From Octopus bimaculoides (lineage: Eukaryota), in NCBI RefSeq assembly GCF_001194135.2, contig NC_068985.1:106263310-106315790 (forward strand): 52,481 nt of DNA, in the 5' to 3' direction. Made by a program: the position numbers and the translations under genes. Shown in pieces: positions 1 to 11,441 of the stretch. The notes under the pieces were generated by a model. It was not told the DNA's origin and searched no databases. It worked only from the letters and a program-made list of their open reading frames with translations. How positions within the stretch are numbered: position 1 is the first letter of the stretch; each line of letters starts with the position of its first letter.

Positions 1-12
1 TAAGATGATTCC

Positions 13-111
13 CATGCTTTCCCTGATGAGAAGGTTACAATTTTAATATCACAGATCCCTATGGATCACATAGGTTGTAATCCTTTGAAACATATGTAGG
101 AATAAAGTATG
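13..111 (+). ncRNA. Type I hammerhead ribozyme motif (Penelope-like/retrozyme type)
   Basis: CTGATGA at 23-29; stem II GAAGGTTACAA/TTGTAATCCTTT; GAAAC at 87-91; palindromic stem III ACATATGT; GTA triplet at 96-98; stem I TTCC(19-22)/GGAA(99-102), extended by CATGCTT/AAGTATG. Confidence 0.8.
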
Positions 112-922
112 CAATTATAACATGCGTTTTCTCCATTCCTTAAATTTTTAAATATACTCAAATACCCAAAATTTCAAGGACTTCCTGCCTTAAAAACAGG
201 AACAACACCAAAGTTATTTTGTGTTCTTTGCTACATTGGTTTCTATTAACCCATTTATTCTATCCGAAGAATTATTATTCATTAAGATAGAAGAAATACA
301 TATAATTATATATATATATATATATAATTTTATAATTAATAAATAATTATAATAGAGGGTACACAAAGTACCACCAAACCCACTGAAAATCATAAGAGAC
401 CAACAGAAATTGGGCAAACGAACAGAAAAAATTGAACATTTTAACTCAGCTGAAAGGAGTAGAATTCGGTAATAGATATACCTGCATCATGATTTTGAAT
501 TCTGGATTACTCCTCCATTCTTCTCAGCAGGTCTTACTAAATACCCAATGTTAAAATCCTACTCACCTCATTGTGTCTGTTAAGCATGGAACAGGCTTGC
601 GTCAAATTGAAAACAATCTGAGTGTATAAATTCACAATAAATAAATAAATATTCGAATGTATATTCATATAGAATTATTATTATTTTTATCATTAGCAGT
701 AAATATATAATTAATTGATAATAATAATAACAATAATATTAGTGGCCAGCAAGTAATAATGCCGTTATATGGCAAATCAAAAAAATTTTTATATAACAGA
801 CACAATGAGGCAAGTAGGATGTATATATATATATATATANNNNNNNNNNAATACCTAGTATTTTGGGAGAATTAATTTCCTTGAAATAATAGGTACAAAT
901 ATAAAAACATGTAGTTTATATT

Positions 923-1222
923 TATATAAATGAAGAAAAGAAAATGGAGATTGGGAAGTTAATTGTTTATTATTAAGAGCAAATTAATCATCATCCCTTA
1001 CAGCTGTTTCAATTATCATTCAGTAAATATTAAATTTATATGACTGAGCATAATGTCTTCAGAGGGGGAAAAAATATAGCCCTGGATATCTTATATGTGT
1101 TTATGGATTCATTATAGCAGACTGAATGTTAATTGAAACAGTTGTAAGGAATGATGATTAATTTGCTCTTAATAATAAACGATTAACTTCCCAATCTCCA
1201 TTTTCTGTTCTTCTTTTATATA
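923..1222. mobile_element. Foldback element with ~100-bp inverted arms in TA-rich context, carrying a hammerhead motif
   Basis: Arms 923-1024 and 1121-1222 differ at ~6 positions; 96-bp spacer; TATATA at both ends. Confidence 0.85.
995..1066 (-). ncRNA. Type I hammerhead ribozyme motif
   Basis: Minus strand reads CCCT-CTGAAGA-cATTAT...ATAATt-GAAAC-AGCT-GTA-AGGG. Stem III ACAGCTGT is palindromic; the first stem II pair is a C/T mismatch. Confidence 0.7.
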
Positions 1223-1278
1223 TATCTATATCTATCTATCTCTCTCTCTCTCTCTATATATATATATAGATATAGATA

Positions 1279-1488
1279 TGAGGGGTGCTGAAAAGTTCCT
1301 GGCTTCAAGGGTCTTGTGAAAGGCCTGGTTGGAGGCCAAACTTTCTGAGTTCTTTTACAGAGCTTAGAAAAACTGAAGGACGCTGCAATAAGTGTGTGAC
1401 CCAGGGAATATGTTGAATAAAACCATAATTAACTGATCCTCCTGTATTTTCTTTTACCCAAAGTCAGGAGCTTTTTTCAGTCCCTTGT
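1279..1488 (+). mobile_element. Mariner-derived MITE
   Basis: Imperfect TIRs (TGAGGGGTGCTGAAAAGTTCCTGGCTT / AAGTCAGGAGCTTTTTTCAGTCCCTTGT), left TA flank. The interior resembles a decayed mariner transposase C-terminus (LEKLKDRCNKCV-like). Confidence 0.75.
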
Positions 1489-1495
1489 TTATATA

Positions 1496-1547
<52 letters not shown>

Positions 1548-1689
1548 ATCAGTATATGACTTAACTTATTAAACAAAGTTCAACAAATTTATTCATATTA
1601 ATGAAATGAAAGAGATAGGATGTTAAAATGGATTTTAGTTTTTATTTTCATATTCCTATACAGTTGTTTCTATAAAAAATGGACCCAGA

Positions 1690-1990
1690 TTTTCATATAT
1701 AGAACATCATAATGGTCAAATTTGTACTCTTCTTTTAAGAATAAATTTCCATCAAATATCTTTCAGATGGTGTAAATAACGATTGTTTCGAAATTTAATT
1801 TTAAAAAGAAAACATAGGTGGGCTCACACATTGTATATTTGTGTAAACTTAACATGAATATCTAAAAAAAAAAAAAAATCGTGATGCATGTATGTATGCA
1901 TTTCTGTATGTTTACATGTATGCCTGCATAGGAAATTTCATTAAAAAGCACCCATTTTTCTGGAAGTTATGAGGAAACAAAATCGGGGCC
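1690..1990. mobile_element. Decayed TIR element of the modular family also at 4850-4985 and 5700-6200
   Basis: TTTCAGATGGTGTAAAT module near 1762 and inverted AAATTTCATTAAAAA...AAGTTATGAGGAAACAAA module near 1933-1980. Confidence 0.5.
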
Positions 1991-2204
1991 ATACATATGT
2001 AGGTATGCTTATGTGTGTGTGTGCGCCCGCGTATACGTTATAGATATATATTGCCCAAGATATGCCTTTGGATTGAACCCCGTAACCTCTTTGATTGCGA
2101 ATTTCTTAACCAGTCAGTAATGATGTATCAATACACACACATACACACGTCCACCAAAACAATATACATGCTCACACACGTGCTTGAGCATACAGACTGG
2201 AAGA

Positions 2205-2312
2205 TGGATAGACAGGTAGGTAGAGAGATAGACAGGTAGGTAGAGAGATAGACAGACAAATATATAGATAGATATATTGAGAGAAAGAGAGAAGGTGAGA
2301 GAGAGAGAGAGA
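2205..2312. repeat. Compound (GATA/GACA/GA)n microsatellite
   Basis: Seen directly. Confidence 0.9.
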
Positions 2313-3346
2313 GCACACCAAAGCTTTTGACCAGAGGGCAAGGTACGACATCCCACTTAACTGACCTGACACATCTGTTGATACAGTAGAGGTAGACTGT
2401 CTGAAGAGGCGCGATCAAGTTTGCAGTTAGCTGTTGCTGCTGCTGCTACTTTTCAGCTAAGATAAACTAACTAGTTTGTTGCTATTAAGTGCCTCCAGCC
2501 GGAATCTATAGATTATATCAGATTTACTCACACACACAATGTATATAGATACGTATACGCACATATAGATAGATATCTGTATATCTATATAAGAGAGAGA
2601 GAGAGAGAGAGAATAAGGATTGAACCAGGGTTGGCAGCTTGTATAACGTGTCCCCGCTCTCCATTTCCTTTGATTAGCTCTGTTAAAGCTTGTCGAAGCG
2701 CAAAATCTGTGCGGAGGTGTGACAAAAAATGTGCTAATATTTCAGGTGTGAGAAAAATACATATATACATTTATATGTGTGTGTGTGTGTGTGCTTATGT
2801 ATGTATAGCATACGTAAGTACATATATGCAATATAATAGACCTGATGTATGTAAATAGTTGTCAGTCGACTCGTATACTGCTAAAGTGCTTTCCTGAATC
2901 TGCGAGTTCAGTGTGAGTCACCCTGTCATATTAAGAAGTAAGAAGACGATTTTAAAGTAGTCGTCAGTCGACCCCTTTCATACCCCCGGCCTATTAAGAC
3001 TCCATGTGCTTCCTATGAATGAATTTAATCATATTTCACCTCTTGTAAACACAGCAACCGTGTCCTTAATTTTCTATTCACTTCCACCACACCTTATAGC
3101 TGCTTGATTCTGTCTCGACCACTAAAACTTCTACCACCTGACACCTCTCCCTGGTGTTACTGGCGAAGTATGTTGTCGCATATCGTCTCAGATGGATGCT
3201 ACCCAGACTTCAGGACCACAAAATCAAACAACACCTATAAACTGAAATGCAGTTTAATCTTATAAGTTTGATGCATCGCTACTATATCTTCTTTCCGTCT
3301 TGTACCTGTTGGAATGCTGAGCAAAACCCCCTTTCTCTATAAGGCC

Positions 3347-3355
3347 GAGGTAAGT
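3347..3355 (+). promoter_or_regulatory. Candidate 5' splice donor of an upstream non-coding exon
   Basis: GAG|GTAAGT is a near-perfect donor consensus within a CpG-retaining, non-repetitive region. Linkage to the LRR gene is inference. Confidence 0.35.
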
Positions 3356-3565
3356 TTCAACACACACTCACTCATATACATACGTATACATATAAGGATA
3401 GCACCCTTTTTAAATATTTTTCATACCAAATAGTTTTCATATCAGCCAACTTGCTCACGTTTAGGGAGAACACACGCGTTTTATTATTTCTAATTGGCTG
3501 AAGTTACAAAAGGCTGAAAGTTTTGTACATAACACTTAATAAAATCATATGTACACACCCACTCA

Positions 3566-3856
3566 TATTTGTTTCAGTCATTTGACTGCGGCCATACTGG
3601 AGCACCGCCTCAAGGGGTTTTAGTCGAACAAATCGATCCCAAGACTTATTCTTTGTAAGCCTAGTACTTATTCTGTCTCTTTTACAGACATCGGGGGACA
3701 AACAGACATATATATATATACGACGGACTTCTTTCAGTTGCCGTCTATCAAATCCACTCATAAGACACTTGCCCAAGGTAAGGTACCACGCAGTGGGACT
3801 GAACCTGGAACCATGCAGTTCGGAAGCAAGCTTCTAACCATACAGCCACGCCTGCA
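3566..3856 (-). mobile_element. tRNA-derived SINE family A (CORE-like domain)
   Basis: Reverse complement of the near-complete copy at 44114-44520; shares GGTTCAGTCCCACTGCGTGG, CCTTGGGCAAGTGTCTT and the GACTGAAAC tail. Confidence 0.85.
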
Positions 3857-3864
3857 TCTCTCTC

Positions 3865-3895
<31 letters not shown>

Positions 3896-4849
3896 GTCTA
3901 TCTATATTAGTCCTATTATTTTTAATCTTATTTGTAAATCCAAAACTAAGTTCATTTTATACACTAGGTAAAGTATTGTAGTGCATCGCAATGTTCTCTC
4001 TATATGCCCTTGTGGCAAATAAGGACTTTGTGCCCCCTACAAATGAATTTAATAGTGTCTCATCTGTAAACCCACAACAGGTCCTTAATTTTCTATGTAC
4101 CCCCACATCTTCGTTTCTTTCCACCTCCGCCACTAAAAAATTAAACAACCACCTGAGGAGTGATTACGTTAGAAATCCTCATCATTATTATTAAGGAAAA
4201 CAACAACAAGCGTTTGTTCTCGTTAAGTATTTTCAAAAAGCCATTTTTCGTAGGTCTCCTTGTGCTTAATATTGTTATCGATTACTAACGTTTACGACAA
4301 TTTTCAGTCCATCCGGTTGTTTTGATTATAACACTTAATACAGCCAAGTATTTCGTCTACATTATAGTTTTACTCTCATAATCACTTACGTAGATGTCAT
4401 TAAACAATCACTAATTTGCATTGAAATTATAGAGTTCACCCAACAACTATCATTACTATAGCTAGTCATATGCAACCATGCTGAAAAAATAAAGGAAAAG
4501 ACTTGATCAACATATAAAGTGGTACCCTCTTCCTTGCACACAAACTTTTACGTGTACGTTTATGTGTGAGTGTGGGTGTTCCAAGCCCTATGAAAGGAGT
4601 GAGGGGTTCATCGCACCTGTTCTCAGGAATTTCTTGGGATCTCGGAGACTGGGAAGTAGTACTCCCTAATGAAATTCTTTTTGCGCCTCCCCCACAGGGC
4701 AAAAGGTGTTTTTAATATGAAAAATAGCCCAAAAAACACGCACACACACACACATTCTGACATACATCACATACATTTTTATCCACATTTCAAGTTTCGT
4801 TTTGTAGATATGTGATGTGTATCAGCATGTATGTGTGTTAGTCCACCAA

Positions 4850-4985
4850 TTTTTTGTTTTTCATATTGAATTACAATATAATCGTAATCTACTCACTCTA
4901 AAAGACATGTTTTGAAAATTTCATTAAAAAATTTCTAAAATTTTTCTGCAAGTTATGAGGAAACAAAGCTGACGTGAATTTTCCG
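4850..4985. mobile_element. Right arm of modular TIR element, ending at a gap
   Basis: Aligns by eye to 6078-6200. Confidence 0.55.
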
Positions 4986-5699
4986 NNNNNNNNNNNNNNN
5001 NNNNNNNNNNNNNNNNNNNNNNNNNNNNNNNNNNNNNNNNNNNNNNNNNNNNNNNNNNNNNNNNNNNNNNNNNNNNNNNNNNNNNNNNNNNNNNNNNNNN
5101 NNNNNNNNNNNNNNNNNNNNNNNNNNNNNNNNNNNNNNNNNNNNNNNNNNNNNNNNNNNNNNNNNNNNNNNNNNNNNNNNNNNNNNNNNNNNNNNNNNNN
5201 NNNNNNNNNNNNNNNNNNNNNNNNNNNNNNNNNNNNNNNNNNNNNNNNNNNNNNNNNNNNNNNNNNNNNNNNNNNNNNNNNNNNNNNNNNNNNNNNNNNN
5301 NNNNNNNNNNNNNNNNNNNNNNNNNNNNNNNNNNNNNNNNNNNNNNNNNNNNNNNNNNNNNNNNNNNNNNNNNNNNNNNNNNNNNNNNNNNNNNNNNNNN
5401 NNNNNNNNNNNNNNNNNNNNNNNNNNNNNNNNNNNNNNNNNNNNNNNNNNNNNNNNNNNNNNNNNNNNNNNNNNNNNNNNNNNNNNNNNNNNNNNNNNNN
5501 NNNNNNNNNNNNNNNNNNNNNNNNNNNNNNNNNNNNNNNNNNNNNNNNNNNNNNNNNNNNNNNNNNNNNNNNNNNNNNNNNNNNNNNNNNNNNNNNNNNN
5601 NNNNNNNNNNNNNNNNNNNNNNNNNNNNNNNNNNNNNNNNNNNNAAAAAAAAAAAGAAGTTAAGGGATGTTCTCAAATAATTGGCATACCTACACAACT

Positions 5700-6200
5700 G
5701 TAACGCCATCTGATTTTATTTCCTCATAGCTTTGATATTTTTTTTAACGAAATTTTTTACAAATACACTTCAGATGGTGTAGATTCCGATTATATTGGAA
5801 TTTGTGGTGAAAAATTTTTCGTGGGTGGGGAGGAGAGTTTCAAGTAAATTCACACAGGTCGATTTTGTTGCCTCATAACTTTCGGGAAAATGGTTATCTT
5901 TTAATAACATTTTCTACTGATACTTTTCAGATGGTGTAAATTACGATAACATCGGAATTTAATTAGAAAAACAATAAATAAAAAAAATGGTAAGCCTGTA
6001 CACATACATAATGACACTCGTCACAATTTCTAGTTTTATTTTGTATATATACATGTAATTTGTATTTTTTTTTCCACATTAAATTCCGATATAATTGTAA
6101 TCTATACACACTGAAAGGTATTTGTTGAAAATTTCATTAAAAAAATATTCATTTTTCCTGGAAGTTTTGACGAAACAAAGCACCTCGCGTGAATTTTACG
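5700..6200. mobile_element. MITE with ~120-bp diverged TIRs plus an extra left module
   Basis: 5843-5963 is the inverted complement of 6078-6200 (~70% by eye); an extra module copy lies at 5715-5810. Confidence 0.6.
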
Positions 6201-6364
6201 ATATAATTAGAATCGGTAGAGACGGACTATATGTAATCTGAACCTTCCCCACCCCCTTATTTATTAATTTTTTTAACGGAATTCCACGTTAAGGGGGGAA
6301 AGGTTCAGATTACATATAATCCACCTGGACCTTAGAATCTACACCATCCGAAGTGCAATTGTCT

Positions 6365-6716
6365 CTTCTTTTTTACTTCATTCAGTCATTACACTGTAGA
6401 CATGCTGGGGCACTGACTTGAGGAATTTTAGGCGAATAAATCAATCCCAGCACTTATTTCTCTTTTGCTGAACTGCTAAGTTACAGGGATGTAAACACAC
6501 CAACACCAGTTGTCAAGCGGTGGTGAGGACACACACATGTAGGTACACGCAGACACACATACATACAGTAGGCTTTCAGTTTCCATTACCAAACCTACTC
6601 ACAAGGCTTTGGATAACCTGTAGCTAAAGTAGAAAACACTTACCCAAGATGCCACACAGTGAGACTGAACCTGGAACCATGTGGTTGGGAAGCAAACTTC
6701 TTACGATACAGTCACA
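6365..6716 (-). mobile_element. SINE family A
   Basis: Same diagnostic blocks as 44114-44520. Confidence 0.8.
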
Positions 6717-7149
6717 ACTGCACCCTCAATCAAATTTCAGTGGAATTTTGAAATTGCTACCTTATGGGGTAAAAAAGGGCAAGGATTTGGGTGTTCCCCA
6801 CCCCTTTTGTTTACTCTTTCTGTGTTTCATACAATAGGAATATGAGTCTAAAATAATTTTTTCCTAAAATTTCAGTTTTTTTAAAAAATGTTTTGTCATT
6901 ACTTCCACCCTATACTAAGCCTTTTTCCTTCTCCAGAGAAAGAAAACAAAAACCTAATGATAAATGTTAATGGTTTCCAATAAAAGAAGAAATAATNNNN
7001 NNNNNNNNNNNNNNNNNNNNNNNNNNNNNNNNNNNNNNNNNNNNNNNNNNNNNNNNNNNNNNNNNNNNNNNNNNNNNNNNNNNNNNNNNNNNNNNNNNNN
7101 NNNNNNNNNNNNNNNNNNNNNNNNNNNNNNNNNNNNATATATATATATA

Positions 7150-7298
7150 AAACGGGCATCCATCTACCAAATATGTTCACAAGGCATTGGTTCACCCAGC
7201 ACTATATTAGAAGACATCTATCTAAGGTGCTGCACATTAGGATTGAACCCAAAACTGCATGGCTGCAAAGTGGACTTCTTAAACACAGCCATACATGT
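7150..7298 (-). mobile_element. SINE family A, 5' part
   Basis: Decayed match to the family A head. Confidence 0.65.
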
Positions 7299-7326
7299 GG
7301 CTATATATATATATATATATATATGT

Positions 7327-7476
7327 AGTTGTGACCTTTGCCAGTGTCATGTAAATGGCACTTGTGAAATTGTAGTTGTGGCCATTCCAGGTATCATGTA
7401 AATGGCACCTGTGTTAGTGGCACGTAAGAAGCATCCGTTACACTCTTAGAGTGGCTGGTATTAGGAAAGACATCAA
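7327..7476 (+). mobile_element. SINE family C fragment (Nin/Deu-like AGGAAGGGCATC domain)
   Basis: GGCACGTAAGAAGCA...GGTATTAGGAAAGACATC matches the reverse complement of 13805-13990. Confidence 0.6.
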
Positions 7477-7559
7477 AATTTCAGTTAAATCATTACTTGT
7501 CTGATTGAGGTATTTCTCTTAGCTCATTTTTAAAAATTATATAATTAATAACGATAATA

Positions 7560-7860
7560 TTTCTTTCTATTATAGGCACATGGCTTGAAAACTTGTGGGT
7601 GGGGGCTAGTTGATTACATTGACCCCAGTGCACAACTGGTCCTTATTTTATTGACTCCAAAAGAACGAAAGACAAAGTTGACCTCAGCAGAATTTGAACT
7701 TAAAATGTAAAGAGCCAGAAGACATGCCACTAGGCAATTTATCTGATGTGATTACAATTCTGCTAGTTTGCTGCCTTTGTAATAATAAGTCTTTCTCAAA
7801 TTTTGGAGGAGTGGGATAGTCAATTATGTCAATCCCAATTCTCAACTGGTACTTATTTTA
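7560..7860 (-). mobile_element. SINE family E, one unit plus a partial unit
   Basis: GACCCCAGTG..AACTGGT, AAAGTTGACCTCAGCAGAATTTGAACT blocks. Confidence 0.75.
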
Positions 7861-7865
7861 TCTGT

Positions 7866-8134
7866 GGAGGCGCAATGGCCCAGTGGTTAGGGCAGCGGAC
7901 TCGTGGTCATAGGATCGCGGTTTCGATTCCCAGACCGGGCGTTGTGAGTGTTTATTGAGCGAAAACACCTAAAGCTCCACGAGGCTCCGGCAGGGTATGG
8001 TGGCGAACCCTGCTGTACTCTTTCACCACAACTTTCTCTCACTCTTACTTCCTGTTTCTGTTGTGCCTGTAATTCAAAGGGTTAGCCTAGTCACACTGTG
8101 TCACACTGAATATCCCCAAGAACTACATTAAGGA
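7866..8134 (+). mobile_element. tRNA-derived SINE family B, running into a gap
   Basis: GGAGGCGCAATGGCCCAGTGGTTAGG A-box and GTTTCGATTCCC B-box; matches 14013-14376. Confidence 0.9.
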
Positions 8135-8824
8135 NNNNNNNNNNNNNNNNNNNNNNNNNNNNNNNNNNNNNNNNNNNNNNNNNNNNNNNNNNNNNNNNNN
8201 NNNNNNNNNNNNNNNNNNNNNNNNNNNNNNNNNNNNNNNNNNNNNNNNNNNNNNNNNNNNNNNNNNNNNNNNNNNNNNNNNNNNNNNNNNNNNNNNNNNN
8301 NNNNNNNNNNNNNNNNNNNNNNNNNNNNNNNNNNNNNNNNNNNNNNNNNNNNNNNNNNNNNNNNNNNNNNNNNNNNNNNNNNNNNNNNNNNNNNNNNNNN
8401 NNNNNNNNNNNNNNNNNNNNNNNNNNNNNNNNNNNNNNNNNNNNNNNNNNNNNNNNNNNNNNNNNNNNNNNNNNNNNNNNNNNNNNNNNNNNNNNNNNNN
8501 NNNNNNNNNNNNNNNNNNNNNNNNNNNNNNNNNNNNNNNNNNNNNNNNNNNNNNNNNNNNNNNNNNNNNNNNNNNNNNNNNNNNNNNNNNNNNNNNNNNN
8601 NNNNNNNNNNNNNNNNNNNNNNNNNNNNNNNNNNNNNNNNNNNNNNNNNNNNNNNNNNNNNNNNNNNNNNNNNNNNNNNNNNNNNNNNNNNNNNNNNNNN
8701 NNNNNNNNNNNNNNNNNNNNNNNNNNNNNNNNNNNNNNNNNNNNNNNNNNNNNNNNNNNNNNNNNNNNNNNNNNNNNNNNNNNNNNNNNNNNNNNNNNNN
8801 NNNNNNNNNNNNNNNNNNNNNNNN

Positions 8825-9990
8825 GCAAGACAAAAGATAAAAAACTCTTTTCAGAGGGGAGGGGGCATTGGAGAAGGTGATCTTGTGTCAGATGATGAAA
8901 GGTTATAGTGAGACAGAGAGACAGAAGCAGGTGTCTTGCTGTAGAGGAGGTACAAGGCTACCCGACTGGAGAGAGAGATTAGGAATGAAGACAGAAACAG
9001 GTGTACTGCTGCAAAGGTAATACATAGTTACCCAGCCTGAAGGAAGTGTAGGAGAAGGAGAGAGTGGGAGACAGCAGGATAGAGATAATGGCAGAGTGCT
9101 GGGCATACTCACAAGGCACGAGGATCAGAATATAAATGGGATGGTTGAGTAAAGAAAGAGAGAGGTATAGATGGTGGCAAGTGCCAGGACATACCCTGAG
9201 GTTCGAAAACCATAATATAAGTGGCAGGATATTGTGAAGGAAAAGTGATTAAAGAGTGCGGAGGGGAGGGGAATGAGTGGCGTAAACCTGGGTATATATA
9301 GAGTTGGGGGGGGGGCTACCTGATAACAATAATACAGAGGAACAGGGCTGTGAGGACAGGATTGGGGAGTGAGAGTTAGGCATAGTGTATTAAGGAGGAA
9401 ATGTGAGGAAGAGAAGTGGATGTAGTTTGGTTTGTTGTGGTAGGGTGTGTGAGAAATTTTCTTAAGTGTGGGTGGGACACACTGCTTCTAGAACTCAGTT
9501 TCACTGCTGTGGGTGGGTCTTCTCAAGAAATTCATATCGCCAGACACCTCAGTCCATTGTCATTTTCTCCATGAGGCCCTACATCATCCCACGTCTTCTT
9601 GGATCTCCCTTTTCTGTGGATACAATCTACTTTCAGTAAATAGCACTTCTTTACACAGCTGTCCTCATTCATACGCATCACATGTCCAAACCAATGTAGT
9701 CTTCTCTCTTGCATGCTACATTTGATTTCTTTTATGTTCAGATTTTCTCTCAATACATTTGCACTTTGTCGTATATACATACTGATGTTGCACATCCAAT
9801 GGAACATACTACCTTCATTTCTCTCCAGTATAAGCATGTCTTTTGTATTCAGAGCCCATGTCTCACTACTATGTAGTATAGCTGTTCGCACACAAGCATC
9901 ATATAGTCTACCTTTCACTCTGAGAGAGTTCTTTTGTTGCCAACAGAGGTAATAGCTCTCTGAACTTCCTCCACCCAATTCTTATTCTAG
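8825..9990 (-). mobile_element. RTE-clade LINE 3' fragment with long pyrimidine-rich 3' UTR
   Basis: ORF 9532-9978: KGRLYDACVRTAILHSSETWAL...RRLHWFGHVMRM...GRSKKTWDDV. Confidence 0.85.
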
Positions 9991-10112
9991 AAACAATATT
10001 TTCAGAGCATCCTCCACCATTGCTAATTTGAACCTAGGTAGCATGCAGTGTGACTGAACTTGAAACTGTGGTTGGCAAGTAAATTTCTTAACAATTTCTT
10101 AGCCATATCAGT

Positions 10113-10360
10113 GGAGGCACATGGCTTAGTGGTTAGAGTGTTAGACTCATGATCGTAAGACTGGTTTCGATTCCTGGACCAGGTGACGTGTTGTGTTCTT
10201 GTGTAAAACACTTCATTTCATGTTGCTCCAGTCCACTCAGCTGACAAAAATGAGTAATCCTGCAGCAGAGCAACAGCCTGTCCAGGTGGGGGAATTTATA
10301 CACCATGGAAACCAATAAACCGGTCCTTATGTGTCAGCATGACTCCAGAAGGTAACCTTT
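10113..10360 (+). mobile_element. tRNA-derived SINE family D
   Basis: GGAGGCACATGGCTTAGTGGTTAGAG...GTTTCGATTCC head and CTCCAGTCCACTCAGCTG central block; paralogs at 20036, 27185 and 45765. Confidence 0.8.
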
Positions 10361-10870
10361 GCCTAATCTTTATATCTGCATCTATAAATGGTAACAAGTA
10401 ATGGTGAAATAATGAAATCTCTGGGATTCATCTGACATTATTATCACACCTGAGTAGGTAGACTCAAAAATCAAGTTATATAATTTATTTAGATAACCTC
10501 GATTAGTGTGTATGAATATTTGCATTACAAGACCATGAAAGTTGTGCTACCTAATAAAAATATTTCATTCATTCTGCTTTATTTAAGACGGGTAAGTGTA
10601 TGCAAATATGCATGCAGCCATCCATATATATATCTCTATATTGTTTATTCTTATGTCAAATTATGTATAGAAACAATTTAGCAATAACTAAAAAATTTCT
10701 CAGTTTTTTTTTGGTAGAGTACATATTTAATAGATTTACAAGGAAAAAATGATTGACAGGGACTTTGAAGTTTCAGCTTGCTTGTTTTCATTAGACTGTC
10801 TGATAAAGGTGAGCAAGCCAAAACTTCAAAGTCACTATCAGCCATTTTGTTGTAAAAATTATTAATATAT

Positions 10871-11040
10871 GGGCGTAGGCATGGCTGTGTGGTAAGAAGT
10901 TTGCTTCTCAACCACATGGGTTCAGGGTTCTGGATTCAGTCCTACTATGTGGCACCTTGGGCAAGTGTCTTCTACTATATCCTCAAACTGACCAAAGCCT
11001 TGAATGTGGATTTGGCACATGGAAACTGAAAGAAGCCTAT
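10871..11040 (+). mobile_element. SINE family A, 5' half ending in (TA)n
   Basis: Matches 44114-44270. Confidence 0.8.
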
Positions 11041-11104
11041 CTATATATATATATCTCTTTATAGATATATTATCCGAAATCTATAGTATCAAATATCCAT
11101 TATG

Positions 11105-11194
11105 GCTGGTCTTACCAATCGGTTTTGCGTAAAGAATACAATGGAGTGTTAGGTAACAAACCAGTTATATAATTTTACGCTCATCAGAGTTAGC
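11105..11194 (-). ncRNA. Type I hammerhead motif with G12>A substitution
   Basis: CTGATGA-GCGTAAA...TTTACGC-AAAAC-CGATTG-GTA-AGACCAGC on the minus strand. Confidence 0.65.
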
Positions 11195-11348
11195 TGATAT
11201 GGAAGGGAATATGGCGACTGTTCTCTATTAGCACAACTGGTCAGCAGTTGTTGTGAAAAAGGGGCCAGGGAATTAGTTTAGGAGTTATGTTTAGGTGCTA
11301 ATCCACTTTTGACAATAGAGAGCAGTCACCATATTCCCTTCCATATCA

Positions 11349-11441
11349 GCTGACTCTGATGACCGTAAAATTATATAATCGGTTTGTTTACCTAACACTC
11401 TATTGTATTCTTTATGCAAAACCCGGATTGGTAAGACCAGC
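11349..11441 (+). ncRNA. Type I hammerhead motif with G12>A substitution
   Basis: CTGATGA at 11356-11362, AAAAC at 11418-11422, GTA at 11431-11433. Confidence 0.6.

Noticed and set aside
112-640. Possible Penelope GIY-YIG remnant (EIGQTNRK near 407-430) or a NUMT
   Set aside because: There is no continuous frame or second motif, and no mitochondrial gene is recognisable. It needs tBLASTx.
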